64,000 nucleotides of DNA, taken from Thermotogota bacterium. GTDB taxonomy: Bacteria; Thermotogota; Thermotogae; UBA12178. This document shows, piece by piece, positions 42,946 through 51,021 of this stretch. Under the pieces are notes generated by a model. The model did not search any database. It saw nothing but the letters and a program-made list of their open reading frames with translations, and had not been told where the DNA came from. Every line of letters begins with the position of its first letter. Within the stretch, counting starts at the first letter, position 1. The stretch spans positions 4,646-68,645 of the forward strand of contig JAGGZV010000097.1 of NCBI GenBank assembly GCA_021161835.1, written 5' to 3'. The position numbers and the translations under genes are program-made.

Positions 42946-44149
42946 ACTCCTTCAAAACCTCCTTCATATCTACCTTTGTGAAATGACCTTCTCTGTAGAT
43001 CCACTCACCCTTCACCATAACATATACTACCTCACCAGGGATACCGGAGTAAACCAGATTATTCCTCAAAGAGCCAAGCGGAACACACTCGGGAACCTCA
43101 GGATTTATCACAACCAGATCAGCTTCATAACCTTCTTGCAGCCTTCCAAGCTTCCCGAAGAACTTTCCCGGCATTTCCCAGAGCATGGCGAAAAGCTCTG
43201 AAAGATTCACTCGATCTCCAGCTATCAGAGCACAAAGGTACAGCTCCTTCCACACGTTCAACGAATTGTTACTTGCAGCCCCGTCTGTGCCTACACTCAA
43301 AGGTATTCCTTTTTCGAGGTATTCCATAAATGGTGGTATTCCATTACCCAGCTTCATGTTACTCGCAGGGTTGAGACTGACGAGAATCCTGTGTTTTCCC
43401 ACCACCTCGGTGAAATCTTCGGGAGGATGTACACAGTGCACCAATATGGCATTCTCGAATATTCCCGTTTTTTCAAGATCTTCCATCCTGTATTTGCAGC
43501 GTTCATCAGCAGTTTCATAGAGATGGATAGTCACGAAAGTATCGAGTTCTTCACGTATTCTTGCCACTTTCTCCAGACACTTCATTGAACATGTGTATGG
43601 TGCATGTGGACCGAACCCCACCCATATCCTGCCATCGTATCCATGCCATTGCTCGAAAATGTCCATGTTTTCACGTATACGTTTGTCGAGTCCTCCATCC
43701 ACATCAACTATTCCCCTCGTCAGATATGCCCTGATACCTATATCTCTCACCGCTCTGGCAACCGCATCCTCAAAGAAGTACATATCCACGAAAGCCGTAC
43801 AACCATGCCTTACCATCTCCGCCGTTCCAACCAGACTCGCATAATATACCGCCTCATCGTACAACCTGGTCTCAGCACGCAGGATACCATCCAACCACCG
43901 TTTCATTTCAAGACCATCGTAAAAACCCCTGAACAATGTCATGGCAACATGGGTATGCGTATTCATGGCTCCCGGTATCACCAGGAGCCCGCTCAGATCC
44001 TCGATCTCATCGAACTGGTCTTCTTCCATGCAATCACACGTGTTTATCCCCGCGATCTTTCCACTCTCCACAATAACATTACCTTTTACAGGCTCGGCAT
44101 TGTAAGCAGAGATCATCAGAACATTTTTCAAGAGTATTTTCATCCTCAT
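42911..44149 (-). CDS. mtaD: amidohydrolase, 5-methylthioadenosine/S-adenosylhomocysteine deaminase-like
   Basis: Metal-binding NTHTHVAMTLFRG, plus HLYET and TDGAASNNSLN. Resembles, from memory, the Thermotoga MTA/SAH deaminase family. Confidence 0.8.
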   Translation of the reverse strand: MRMKILLKNVLMISAYNAEPVKGNVIVESGKIAGINTCDCMEEDQFDEIEDLSGLLVIPGAMNTHTHVAMTLFRGFYDGLEMKRWLDGILRAETRLYDEAVYYASLVGTAEMVRHGCTAFVDMYFFEDAVARAVRDIGIRAYLTRGIVDVDGGLDKRIRENMDIFEQWHGYDGRIWVGFGPHAPYTCSMKCLEKVARIREELDTFVTIHLYETADERCKYRMEDLEKTGIFENAILVHCVHPPEDFTEVVGKHRILVSLNPASNMKLGNGIPPFMEYLEKGIPLSVGTDGAASNNSLNVWKELYLCALIAGDRVNLSELFAMLWEMPGKFFGKLGRLQEGYEADLVVINPEVPECVPLGSLRNNLVYSGIPGEVVYVMVKGEWIYREGHFTKVDMKEVLKEFEKHVERLRMH

Positions 44150-44475
44150 CCGCTCCTGTCGACTTTGCGAATTCTATCCGCTTCATTGATGTTGAAATAT
44201 CCCTTTTCAAGGGCTATTTTACCCCTGGTTATCGAAAGAAGACTCTCTTTCGTCCTTTCGAACTTCGTCTTTATCCTCTCCAACCTTTCGCGATCTTTGA
44301 CCAATATATCCTGCAGGAATTTCCTATCATTGGGAGTCAAAGCATCCATCTTCAAAGATTTGAACAATTCCTCGCGCTTCTTCAAAAGTTCAACCAACTG
44401 CTCGATTTCTCCTTTTTCCAGAGCTTCGTCTATACTTTTCTCCACTTCCCTCAGGAGTTCCACAGGATCGTTCAA
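44146..44475 (-). CDS. hypothetical coiled-coil protein
   Basis: I place the start at TTG 44475 (GGAGGTG 4 nt upstream; TTGA overlap with the prmC stop), giving 109 aa. The 128-aa ORF-track version overlaps prmC by 61 nt. E/K/L-rich with no motif recognised. Confidence 0.5.
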   Translation of the reverse strand: MNDPVELLREVEKSIDEALEKGEIEQLVELLKKREELFKSLKMDALTPNDRKFLQDILVKDRERLERIKTKFERTKESLLSITRGKIALEKGYFNINEADRIRKVDRSG

Positions 44476-45320
44476 ACCAACACCTCCACAAATCTCTCCA
44501 CGCCCGCAAGGTCGCGCATGAATCTGTACCACTCGACTTCTCTGAAAACCAGTAACCGTTCCAGACCAGTCCTCTCATAGGGTGCGAATTCCAGAAGCAC
44601 CTTTTTACCCCTGATGAAATCCAGACTATCGACGAACAGTTTTCTATAAAAGTCCAGACCGTCTTCTCCACCGTCCAGTGCTTCAGTGGGTTCCCGTTTT
44701 ACATCTCTGGGAAGTTTTCTCAGGAAACTGCGGGGTATGTAGGGGGGATTGGACACTATGAAATCCACCTCTTTGAACACCCATGGAATGGAAAATACAT
44801 CAGCTTCAATAAAGGTTATCCTTTCCAATACTCCGTGTTCCTCTGCATTTTTCTTCGCGACCTCTATGCTCTTACGGGATATGTCCACAGCGTAACCTCT
44901 AACTCCTCTGTAGTAGCTCAGGGAAATGGCTATGACCCCACTACCGGTCCCAATATCGAGAAAGATTTCTCCTTCGTTTATCATATCCATAGCATATTCA
45001 ACAAGCTCTTCCGTTTCGTGTCTGGGAATGAATACCCCCGGTTCTATATGAAAGGACAAACCCATGAATTCACGCCTTTTCGTCACATATTCGAGAGGTT
45101 CTCCTTCTGCTACTTTCCTGGCTTTTGCGAGCAGATCAAACCAGATTTGCTCGTCGATTCTGTCCCGCATCCACAGTCTCGATATATCCCCGAATTCGCT
45201 GGTTATGAGCGCTTTCGCTTTCGAAGATCCAACAATCTGAATGAGTTCCACGAACAAAGCTCTCGGATTCATAATCCCATCATCTGACGTATCGAGGGAT
45301 CCATCATTTCCGGTGACCAA
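44472..45320 (-). CDS. prmC: peptide chain release factor N5-glutamine methyltransferase
   Basis: SAM motif DIGTGSG and substrate motif VSNPPYIP. Confidence 0.9.
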   Translation of the reverse strand: MVTGNDGSLDTSDDGIMNPRALFVELIQIVGSSKAKALITSEFGDISRLWMRDRIDEQIWFDLLAKARKVAEGEPLEYVTKRREFMGLSFHIEPGVFIPRHETEELVEYAMDMINEGEIFLDIGTGSGVIAISLSYYRGVRGYAVDISRKSIEVAKKNAEEHGVLERITFIEADVFSIPWVFKEVDFIVSNPPYIPRSFLRKLPRDVKREPTEALDGGEDGLDFYRKLFVDSLDFIRGKKVLLEFAPYERTGLERLLVFREVEWYRFMRDLAGVERFVEVLV

Positions 45321-45568
45321 GGAGGATCGAACGTTAGCTCAACCTGAACTTCTTCGACACCCTCGAGCTCTCCAACCTTTCTTTTGACATCTTCCATCAT
45401 CAGCGGGCCCAGAGGGCACATGGGGGTGGTCAACGTCATGGTCACTTTAACATTACCACCCTCTATCAACACATCGTATATGAGCCCCAACGAAACTATA
45501 TCCAGTCCGAGCTCCATGTCGTATACTTCCTTCAATTTTTTCATAACATCCTCACGTGTCACGGCCAT
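45269..45568 (-). CDS. DUF59 / metal-sulfur cluster assembly factor (SufT/PaaD-like)
   Basis: 99 aa from ATG 45568 (AAGGAGG upstream) with GLDIVSLGLIY and TLTTPMCPL motifs. The ORF-track 5' extension is not family-like. Confidence 0.85.
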   Translation of the reverse strand: MAVTREDVMKKLKEVYDMELGLDIVSLGLIYDVLIEGGNVKVTMTLTTPMCPLGPLMMEDVKRKVGELEGVEEVQVELTFDPPWSPEMMDPSIRQMMGL

Positions 45569-45581
45569 CTCATCTTCCTCC

Positions 45582-46562
45582 TTAGAATACTGTTTCCACA
45601 ACACTGCGTTCTTTGAACTTGGTGAACTCGTTGTCATACCATTTGTTCCACAAATCACGTCGTTTCACATCCAAGAGTTTACCCACTATTTTGGCACGAG
45701 CTTCCTCAGGTGTCAGTTGCCTTTCGGATCTTCTCCCCAAAAGCTTGTAGATCATCCAGCCATTTTCCACTTCGTACGGTCCAAGCACAGCACCCTTACT
45801 TGCCAGGAACAGGGCCTCAGCAGCCATCTCGTTCTCTATTTCGTCCTTTGTCTTCCATCCAAGGTCCACCTTGCTCAAAACGGAATACTTCTTGGCCACC
45901 TCCTCGAAATCTACGCCATTTCTTATATCTTCGAGAGCTGCCTCCGCCATCTTTTTACTGGGCGTTTTCACCGCCATCACGTGAACCTTACTGGGTTCAT
46001 AAAACTCCTCTTTATGTTCGTTGTAATATTTGTCGATCTCCTCCGTAGTTACGGTGGCAGAACTGGTAACATAATCGAACACCTTCATCAAATAAGCCCT
46101 GTATACCTGCTCTTTCACCAACCCTTCCTTCAATTCTTCCGTCGATCCGTATCCCTGAAGGGCAGCATAAGTTTCAAGCTCTTTGGTACCTATACCCTGC
46201 TGTTCCAATACCTTGAAAAGCTCACTTTCAACGGACTCCGCTATCTTCTTTTCATCCACAATTATTCCCCTCATGTTGGCCCATTGCTTCAACAACATCC
46301 TATCCACCAGTTCGGCGAGCTTGAGCTTCTGATACTCCCTTATGAAAGCAACTCCTTCTTTTGTGGAAACGAGAGCATTGTAGAAAGATTCATCAGCCTG
46401 TTTCACCATGAAAAGTATGTAAGATAGACGGGAATAAATATCCAGATCCCTGGAAGTTATGATCATACCATTCACGGTTGCAACAGGGGTTATATCTTCT
46501 TGTGCCAGGGCAACCCCTCCCAGAAAAACCACTAACACCATGAACAGAAAAAATTTCTTCAT
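45582..46562 (-). CDS. peptidyl-prolyl cis-trans isomerase (SurA/PrsA-like, parvulin domain)
   Basis: Signal peptide MKKFFLFMVLVVFLGGVALA, a SurA_N-like helical region and a parvulin-like block (VHVMAVKT...DFEEVAKKYS...DLGW). Confidence 0.8.
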   Translation of the reverse strand: MKKFFLFMVLVVFLGGVALAQEDITPVATVNGMIITSRDLDIYSRLSYILFMVKQADESFYNALVSTKEGVAFIREYQKLKLAELVDRMLLKQWANMRGIIVDEKKIAESVESELFKVLEQQGIGTKELETYAALQGYGSTEELKEGLVKEQVYRAYLMKVFDYVTSSATVTTEEIDKYYNEHKEEFYEPSKVHVMAVKTPSKKMAEAALEDIRNGVDFEEVAKKYSVLSKVDLGWKTKDEIENEMAAEALFLASKGAVLGPYEVENGWMIYKLLGRRSERQLTPEEARAKIVGKLLDVKRRDLWNKWYDNEFTKFKERSVVETVF

Positions 46563-47323
46563 GATTCCTCCTCCTTCGCCTTGTTCCAGTACTCATCCAG
46601 GGTCTCCATGCTCTCATCTTCGAGAATTTTACCGTCTTTTTCAAGAAGTTCTTCCATTTTCCTGAACCTCCTGGCGAATTTCAAACATGCTTTTTTCAAT
46701 GCCACCTCAGGATCTATGTTCAAAAACCTTGCCAGATTCACAATGGAAAAGAGTAGATCACCGAATTCTTCCTCTTTCCTATTTTCGGAGAGAGTGTTTT
46801 CCAGCTCCCTCATTTCCTCCTTTATCTTTTCCATAACACCTTTCGCATCCTCCCAATCGAATCCCACAGCACTGGCATTTTCCTGGAGTCTTCTCGCCAG
46901 GGAAAGTGCAGGCAAAGCCGCATTGAAATCGCCTATTCTCGACGCTTGCTTCTTTCTTTTCTCCTGTGACTTGATCTCTTCCCATTGCCTGTAAGAATAG
47001 CCGGGGGAATTCCCAAAAACGTGCGGATGACGTCTCAACAGTTTTTGATTTAACTTATCGATTACATCACCTATATCGAAAGATCCATTTTCTCTGGCTA
47101 TTTGAGCATGAAACACTACCTGCAGGAGCACATCGCCAAGTTCTTCCATCATTTCCTCCTCATCGTGCTTGTCTATTGCATCCAACAATTCATACGCCTC
47201 TTCTATCAGGTAGGGTTTAAGAGTATCATGAGTTTGCTGACGATCCCAATCACAACCTTTGGGACCCCTGAGTTTTTCCATTATCTTCACCAGTTCTTCA
47301 AACTTTTCACCTATTCTTCCCAA
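46559..47323 (-). CDS. mazG: nucleoside triphosphate pyrophosphohydrolase MazG
   Basis: Tandem MazG domains: CDWDRQQTH...EEAYELLDAI...ELGDVLLQVVFHA and EEFGDLLFSIVNLARF. Confidence 0.9.
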   Translation of the reverse strand: MGRIGEKFEELVKIMEKLRGPKGCDWDRQQTHDTLKPYLIEEAYELLDAIDKHDEEEMMEELGDVLLQVVFHAQIARENGSFDIGDVIDKLNQKLLRRHPHVFGNSPGYSYRQWEEIKSQEKRKKQASRIGDFNAALPALSLARRLQENASAVGFDWEDAKGVMEKIKEEMRELENTLSENRKEEEFGDLLFSIVNLARFLNIDPEVALKKACLKFARRFRKMEELLEKDGKILEDESMETLDEYWNKAKEEES

Positions 47324-47338
47324 TCTTCCACCACCCCA

Positions 47339-47821
47339 TCATGAACGATTATAACTCTTCTCAACGCTTTTTCTAAGATTGGCCATCTCCAGAGCCACCA
47401 TCGCTGCTTCAAAACCTTTGTTACCAGACTTCGCACCAGCCCTGTTTATAGCCTGTTCAAGCGTGTCAGCAGTTATAACACCAAAGGTCACGGGTATGGT
47501 GGCCCTCATATTGTAATTTGCAATCGCTTTGCCTATCTCGTTTGCAACGACATTGAAATGGTATGTTTCCCCTCTCACGACCGCAGCAAGTACCACGATG
47601 GCGTCATAATCAGCTGCACTCAACAGTTTACCCACAGTATAAATTATCTCCAGACTACCGGGAACTCTGTATATTTCTATATCGGACTCGCTGACACCAT
47701 GCCTTACCAGACAATCAATGGCGCCTTCCAGCAACCTGTCAGTTATGGTGGAATTGAATCTGGACACCACCACGGCCACACGTAAACCCCGTCCATCGTA
47801 ACTACCTTCCACGATCCTCAT
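47339..47821 (-). CDS. ribH: 6,7-dimethyl-8-ribityllumazine synthase
   Basis: VVSRFNSTITDRLLEGA, VPGSLEI, VVRGETYHFNVVANE. Confidence 0.95.
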   Translation of the reverse strand: MRIVEGSYDGRGLRVAVVVSRFNSTITDRLLEGAIDCLVRHGVSESDIEIYRVPGSLEIIYTVGKLLSAADYDAIVVLAAVVRGETYHFNVVANEIGKAIANYNMRATIPVTFGVITADTLEQAINRAGAKSGNKGFEAAMVALEMANLRKSVEKSYNRS

Positions 47822-48996
47822 CTTCTCACCACCTTCTGTATCATTTCCTCCAGATCGTGGTTAAGCTTCATCATCTTGGTGTACAGGTAATTTAGATTCT
47901 CATGCCTGACCGTTCCGTACAATTTTCGCCTGCCAACTACCTTCACACCGTATTTTTTCAATCCTTCTACCTTGGACGGATTGTTTGTAAGGAGAACCAC
48001 CTCCGCCACACCCAGCGCTTTCAACATCTGTGCGGCAACGGCGTAATCCCGTTCATCAGGAGAAAATCCCAGCTCTATGTTGGCTTCAACAGTGTCGTAA
48101 CCCATATCCTGCAGGTTGTACGCCTCTATCTTGTTCGTCATTCCTATACCCCTTCCTTCCTGACGCAAATATAGAATTATACCGCCATTATTTGCAATGA
48201 ATCTCACAGCTTCGCGCAATTGATCACCGCAATCGCATCGAAGCGATGAAAATACTTCGCCGGTCAAACATTCCGAATGTACACGCACTGGTACTGGAGA
48301 ATCGAACGGCTTCTTCACTATGGCAAAATGTTCCAGACCATCCAGAACGTTCTCAAACCCCACTATTTCAAAAACACCGAAATCTGTTGGAAGTGTGGCA
48401 GTGGAACGAACCCTCAGAAACATGCCGCGCTTCACGTATTCAACCCAGACGTCCTCTATACGCAGAATCGGAATATCATATTTTTCGGACACCCATCTCA
48501 CATATTCCATGTTGTGCGAATCACCTTCATCATCCAGAACTTCCGTGAGCACAGCACATCTCCCATAGCCCGCGATATTCACGAGCTCTATGGCAGCTTC
48601 GGTATGACCTCTACGCAAATTGAAACCTTTTCCCCCGAGCAATGTCACATGCCCGGGATAACGAAATTCTTTCAGTGGTCTCCCTTCGGATATCTTCCTG
48701 CAGGTTTCAGCCCTTTCGCCAGCGGAAATACCCGTACCGTTTCCCCAATCCACCGTTATGAAAAAATTGGTCTCGCCCATTTTAAGATTCGAAGGCAACC
48801 TGAAAAAGCCTCGCCCCAACAGGTCGTCTTCGTCTGCAGCCACACACAGCAATCCCTTCCCCCTGGATATCATAAAATTTATCACTTCCGCTTCAGCGAT
48901 TTCAGCAGGATAAACAAAATCCGCTTCATACTCTCTGAAATCATCCACCAGTATGATCGGCAATTTTCTCTTAAAGGTTTCCCTCAACTTTTCCAC
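47818..48996 (-). CDS. ribBA: bifunctional 3,4-dihydroxy-2-butanone-4-phosphate synthase / GTP cyclohydrolase II
   Basis: DHBP synthase half (RRGHTEAAIEL) and GCH II half with the zinc motif CLTGEVFSSLRCDCGDQL and YLRQEGRGIG. Confidence 0.95.
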   Translation of the reverse strand: MEKLRETFKRKLPIILVDDFREYEADFVYPAEIAEAEVINFMISRGKGLLCVAADEDDLLGRGFFRLPSNLKMGETNFFITVDWGNGTGISAGERAETCRKISEGRPLKEFRYPGHVTLLGGKGFNLRRGHTEAAIELVNIAGYGRCAVLTEVLDDEGDSHNMEYVRWVSEKYDIPILRIEDVWVEYVKRGMFLRVRSTATLPTDFGVFEIVGFENVLDGLEHFAIVKKPFDSPVPVRVHSECLTGEVFSSLRCDCGDQLREAVRFIANNGGIILYLRQEGRGIGMTNKIEAYNLQDMGYDTVEANIELGFSPDERDYAVAAQMLKALGVAEVVLLTNNPSKVEGLKKYGVKVVGRRKLYGTVRHENLNYLYTKMMKLNHDLEEMIQKVVRR

Positions 48997-49541
48997 CTCA
49001 ACACCTCCCTCACGTAACGGGCGAACACATCTATCTCGTAATTAACAGGATCTCCAGCCTGGAGATATTTTAAGTTGGTGTGCTCGTAAGTATAAGGTAT
49101 AACCTGAACACAGAAGGAATCCAGGGATATTCCAGCCACGGTCAAGCTTATACCGTTCAAAGCTATACTACCTTTTACTGCCACTGCCCACTTCTCCACA
49201 GGCATGGAAAAGTTGAAAAAGTATGAATTACCACGGTGTTCGTAGCCAAGGAATCGTACGGTTCCATCCACGTGCCCCAGAACGATGTGACCATGAAAAC
49301 GCTCACCGACTTTCAGTGATCTCTCGATGTTGAAGAACCGACTTCTTCCCAGATTTGAACGTCTCAAAGTTTCCTCACCAACATCGAAGAATACCGCTCT
49401 TTCGGTGACCTTTGAAACCGTTAGGCACACTCCATTCACCGCCAGGCTTTCCCCCTCACTCACATCTAAAGCTTCTTCAAGCATCAGCGTCCCATTGTAT
49501 ACTTTTCCTCTCACCACTTTTTTCACTATTCCCGTGAACAC
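48984..49541 (-). CDS. ribE: riboflavin synthase alpha subunit
   Basis: From GTG 49541 the N-terminus is MFTGIV; duplicated lumazine-binding repeats NGVCLTV and NGISLTV. The ORF-track 269-aa version extends 5' through the end of ribD. Confidence 0.9.
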   Translation of the reverse strand: MFTGIVKKVVRGKVYNGTLMLEEALDVSEGESLAVNGVCLTVSKVTERAVFFDVGEETLRRSNLGRSRFFNIERSLKVGERFHGHIVLGHVDGTVRFLGYEHRGNSYFFNFSMPVEKWAVAVKGSIALNGISLTVAGISLDSFCVQVIPYTYEHTNLKYLQAGDPVNYEIDVFARYVREVLRWKS

Positions 49542-50566
49542 GGTCTCAACTCCATGTAAACCTCGTTTTCCACATGCTCGATCCTTTCCACCCTGAAACG
49601 AGGCGCGTTGTCCAACGAGTATTCCACGTTCTCGAATGCGCTCAATCCCTTTCCCAACACCCTGGTGGAAAAGAAGACGTGTACAACATCGGCAACGTTC
49701 AAGAACTGCGAAAGGACGCTGGCTCCCCCTTCCACCAGAACGGAATCTATCCCTTCTTCGTAAAGTTTCGCCAATACCCCATCGACATCCCATTCCCCTC
49801 GAAATACCTTGACATTATCGGGATACACGGCGTCACTTGCCGTGAATACATACACATCCACATCATCCGAGAAAACACGCCATCCTCCTCCCGCAAGTTT
49901 GCCTCTTCCATCGAGTATCACCCTTCTGGGACTGCGTCCCCCTTCCAACCGGCAGGTCAGAAGTGGATCATCAGTCATTACTGTGTTCGCACCAACCATT
50001 ATGGCCATGTATTTGTTTCTCAGCTCGTGGGATTTAAGACGATAATGATCGGTTATCCATTTCGAATTCCCACGAAAATCGGATATTTTGCCATCTATAG
50101 TGGAGGCGAATTTCAGAGCAACGAACGGCCTTCTGTATTTCACATACGTTATGAAGATTTCACACAACTTCGCTGCTTCTTCACGCAACACTCCAACCTC
50201 CACTGCTATTCCATGATCGCGTAGCTTTTTTATGCCATTACCGGACAATGGGTTGGGATCTTCCATCGCCACAACAACACGGGTTATACCACTTTCTATA
50301 ATCAGATCTGTACAGGGAGGGGTTTTGCCATAATGATCGCACGGTTCTAGCGTCACATACAGAGTTGCTCCCCTCAAATCTTTCCCACGCGCTTTCTCGA
50401 TCGCAATACGTTCGGCATGGGGACCACCGTAGCGCTCATGCCACCCTTCGCCCAGGATCTCGCCGTTTTTGACCACAACTGCACCTACGGGTGGATTGGG
50501 ATTAACCCTTCCCACGCCCCTTCTGGCAAGCTCCAGTGCCCTGCGCATGAAGAATTCGTCGTTCAC
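49526..50566 (-). CDS. ribD: bifunctional pyrimidine deaminase / uracil reductase
   Basis: Deaminase zinc motifs HAERIAIE and TLEPCDHYGKTPPC, with a reductase C-terminal half. GTG 50566 lies 6 nt after GAGGTG; GTG 50575 and ATG 50548 are alternatives. Confidence 0.95.
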   Translation of the reverse strand: MNDEFFMRRALELARRGVGRVNPNPPVGAVVVKNGEILGEGWHERYGGPHAERIAIEKARGKDLRGATLYVTLEPCDHYGKTPPCTDLIIESGITRVVVAMEDPNPLSGNGIKKLRDHGIAVEVGVLREEAAKLCEIFITYVKYRRPFVALKFASTIDGKISDFRGNSKWITDHYRLKSHELRNKYMAIMVGANTVMTDDPLLTCRLEGGRSPRRVILDGRGKLAGGGWRVFSDDVDVYVFTASDAVYPDNVKVFRGEWDVDGVLAKLYEEGIDSVLVEGGASVLSQFLNVADVVHVFFSTRVLGKGLSAFENVEYSLDNAPRFRVERIEHVENEVYMELRPCSRE

Positions 50567-50601
50567 ATCTTTCACCTCTGGATACCTGTGTACTGAAATA
50601 T

Positions 50602-50624
50602 AAAAAGGCCCCCTCGGGCCCTTT
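50602..50624 (-). terminator. riboswitch-controlled intrinsic terminator
   Basis: AAAGGGCCC-gagg-GGGCCTTTT followed by TTTTTATATTT on the minus strand. Confidence 0.8.
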
Positions 50625-50741
50625 GATTTTACCCTCTCCCATCCGGACTTTCACCGTCGGCTCCGGAATTCCACCGGATCAACCCTGTAAAGGGCTCGCG
50701 GGCTTTCACCGCCGGTCGGGAATTCCACCCTGTCCCGAGGG
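50602..50741 (-). promoter_or_regulatory. FMN riboswitch (RFN element) with terminator expression platform
   Basis: The minus strand reads CCCTCGGGACAGGGTGGAATTCCCGACCGGCGGTGAAAGCCCGCGAGCC...GGTTGATCCGGTGGAATTCCGGAGCCGACGGTGAAAGTCCGGATGGGAGAGGG. This matches the RFN consensus blocks, with P1 CCCTC/GAGGG. A terminator follows at 50602-50624, directly 5' of ribD. Confidence 0.92.
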
Positions 50742-50777
50742 CATCGAAGAAAATTGTATTCAATTTTGTCGAGGTAT

Positions 50778-50786
50778 ATTATAACA
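50778..50786 (-). promoter_or_regulatory. candidate extended -10 promoter of the rib operon
   Basis: The minus strand reads TGtTATAAT about 37 nt upstream of riboswitch P1. The -35 is weak (TTCGAT at a 17-nt spacing). Confidence 0.45.
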
Positions 50787-51021
50787 TTTCGTTCCACCAT
50801 ATCGAAAATCGGGACAACACCAGGAAATAATATGATCGACAGTAAACTGAAATCACCCAATGCCCCGTGCACCCTTTCATGCCGATTAAGAAATGGTTTC
50901 ATCTTCTTCCAGGATTCGTGAATACCTGTCCCCGGAGATTTTCATCCAGTCGAGCTTCCACCTGGATTCTAATTATGATTTCATGGGTGAGAAAAGACTT
51001 CTTTCCGTGAAAGAGTAAGTC

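Noticed and set aside
43604-44521. 305-aa plus-strand ORF
   Set aside because: Antisense to the mtaD amidohydrolase and the downstream small gene. It has no RBS and no recognisable motifs.
45384-46427. 347-aa plus-strand ORF
   Set aside because: Antisense to the DUF59 and PPIase genes. Its Ser/Pro/Leu-rich composition is typical of a shadow frame.
48277-49017. 246-aa plus-strand ORF
   Set aside because: Antisense to ribBA, which carries unmistakable GTP cyclohydrolase II and DHBP synthase motifs.
49542-49793. 5' extension of the ribE ORF (269-aa version)
   Set aside because: The extension overlaps the ribD C-terminal coding region. The canonical MFTGIV N-terminus begins at GTG 49541.
50651-50902. 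83-aa minus-strand ORF upstream of ribD
   Set aside because: It runs through the FMN riboswitch aptamer (50632-50741) and the rib promoter region. It has no RBS, and the sequence is explained by the RNA element.
50893-51018. 41-aa plus-strand mini-ORF (MVSSSSRIREYLSPEIFIQSSFHLDSNYDFMGEKRLLSVKE) convergent with the AAA/PD-(D/E)xK gene
   Set aside because: It has no RBS, there is an in-frame stop two codons upstream, and I recognise no similarity. It could be a gene remnant, but that is unsupported.
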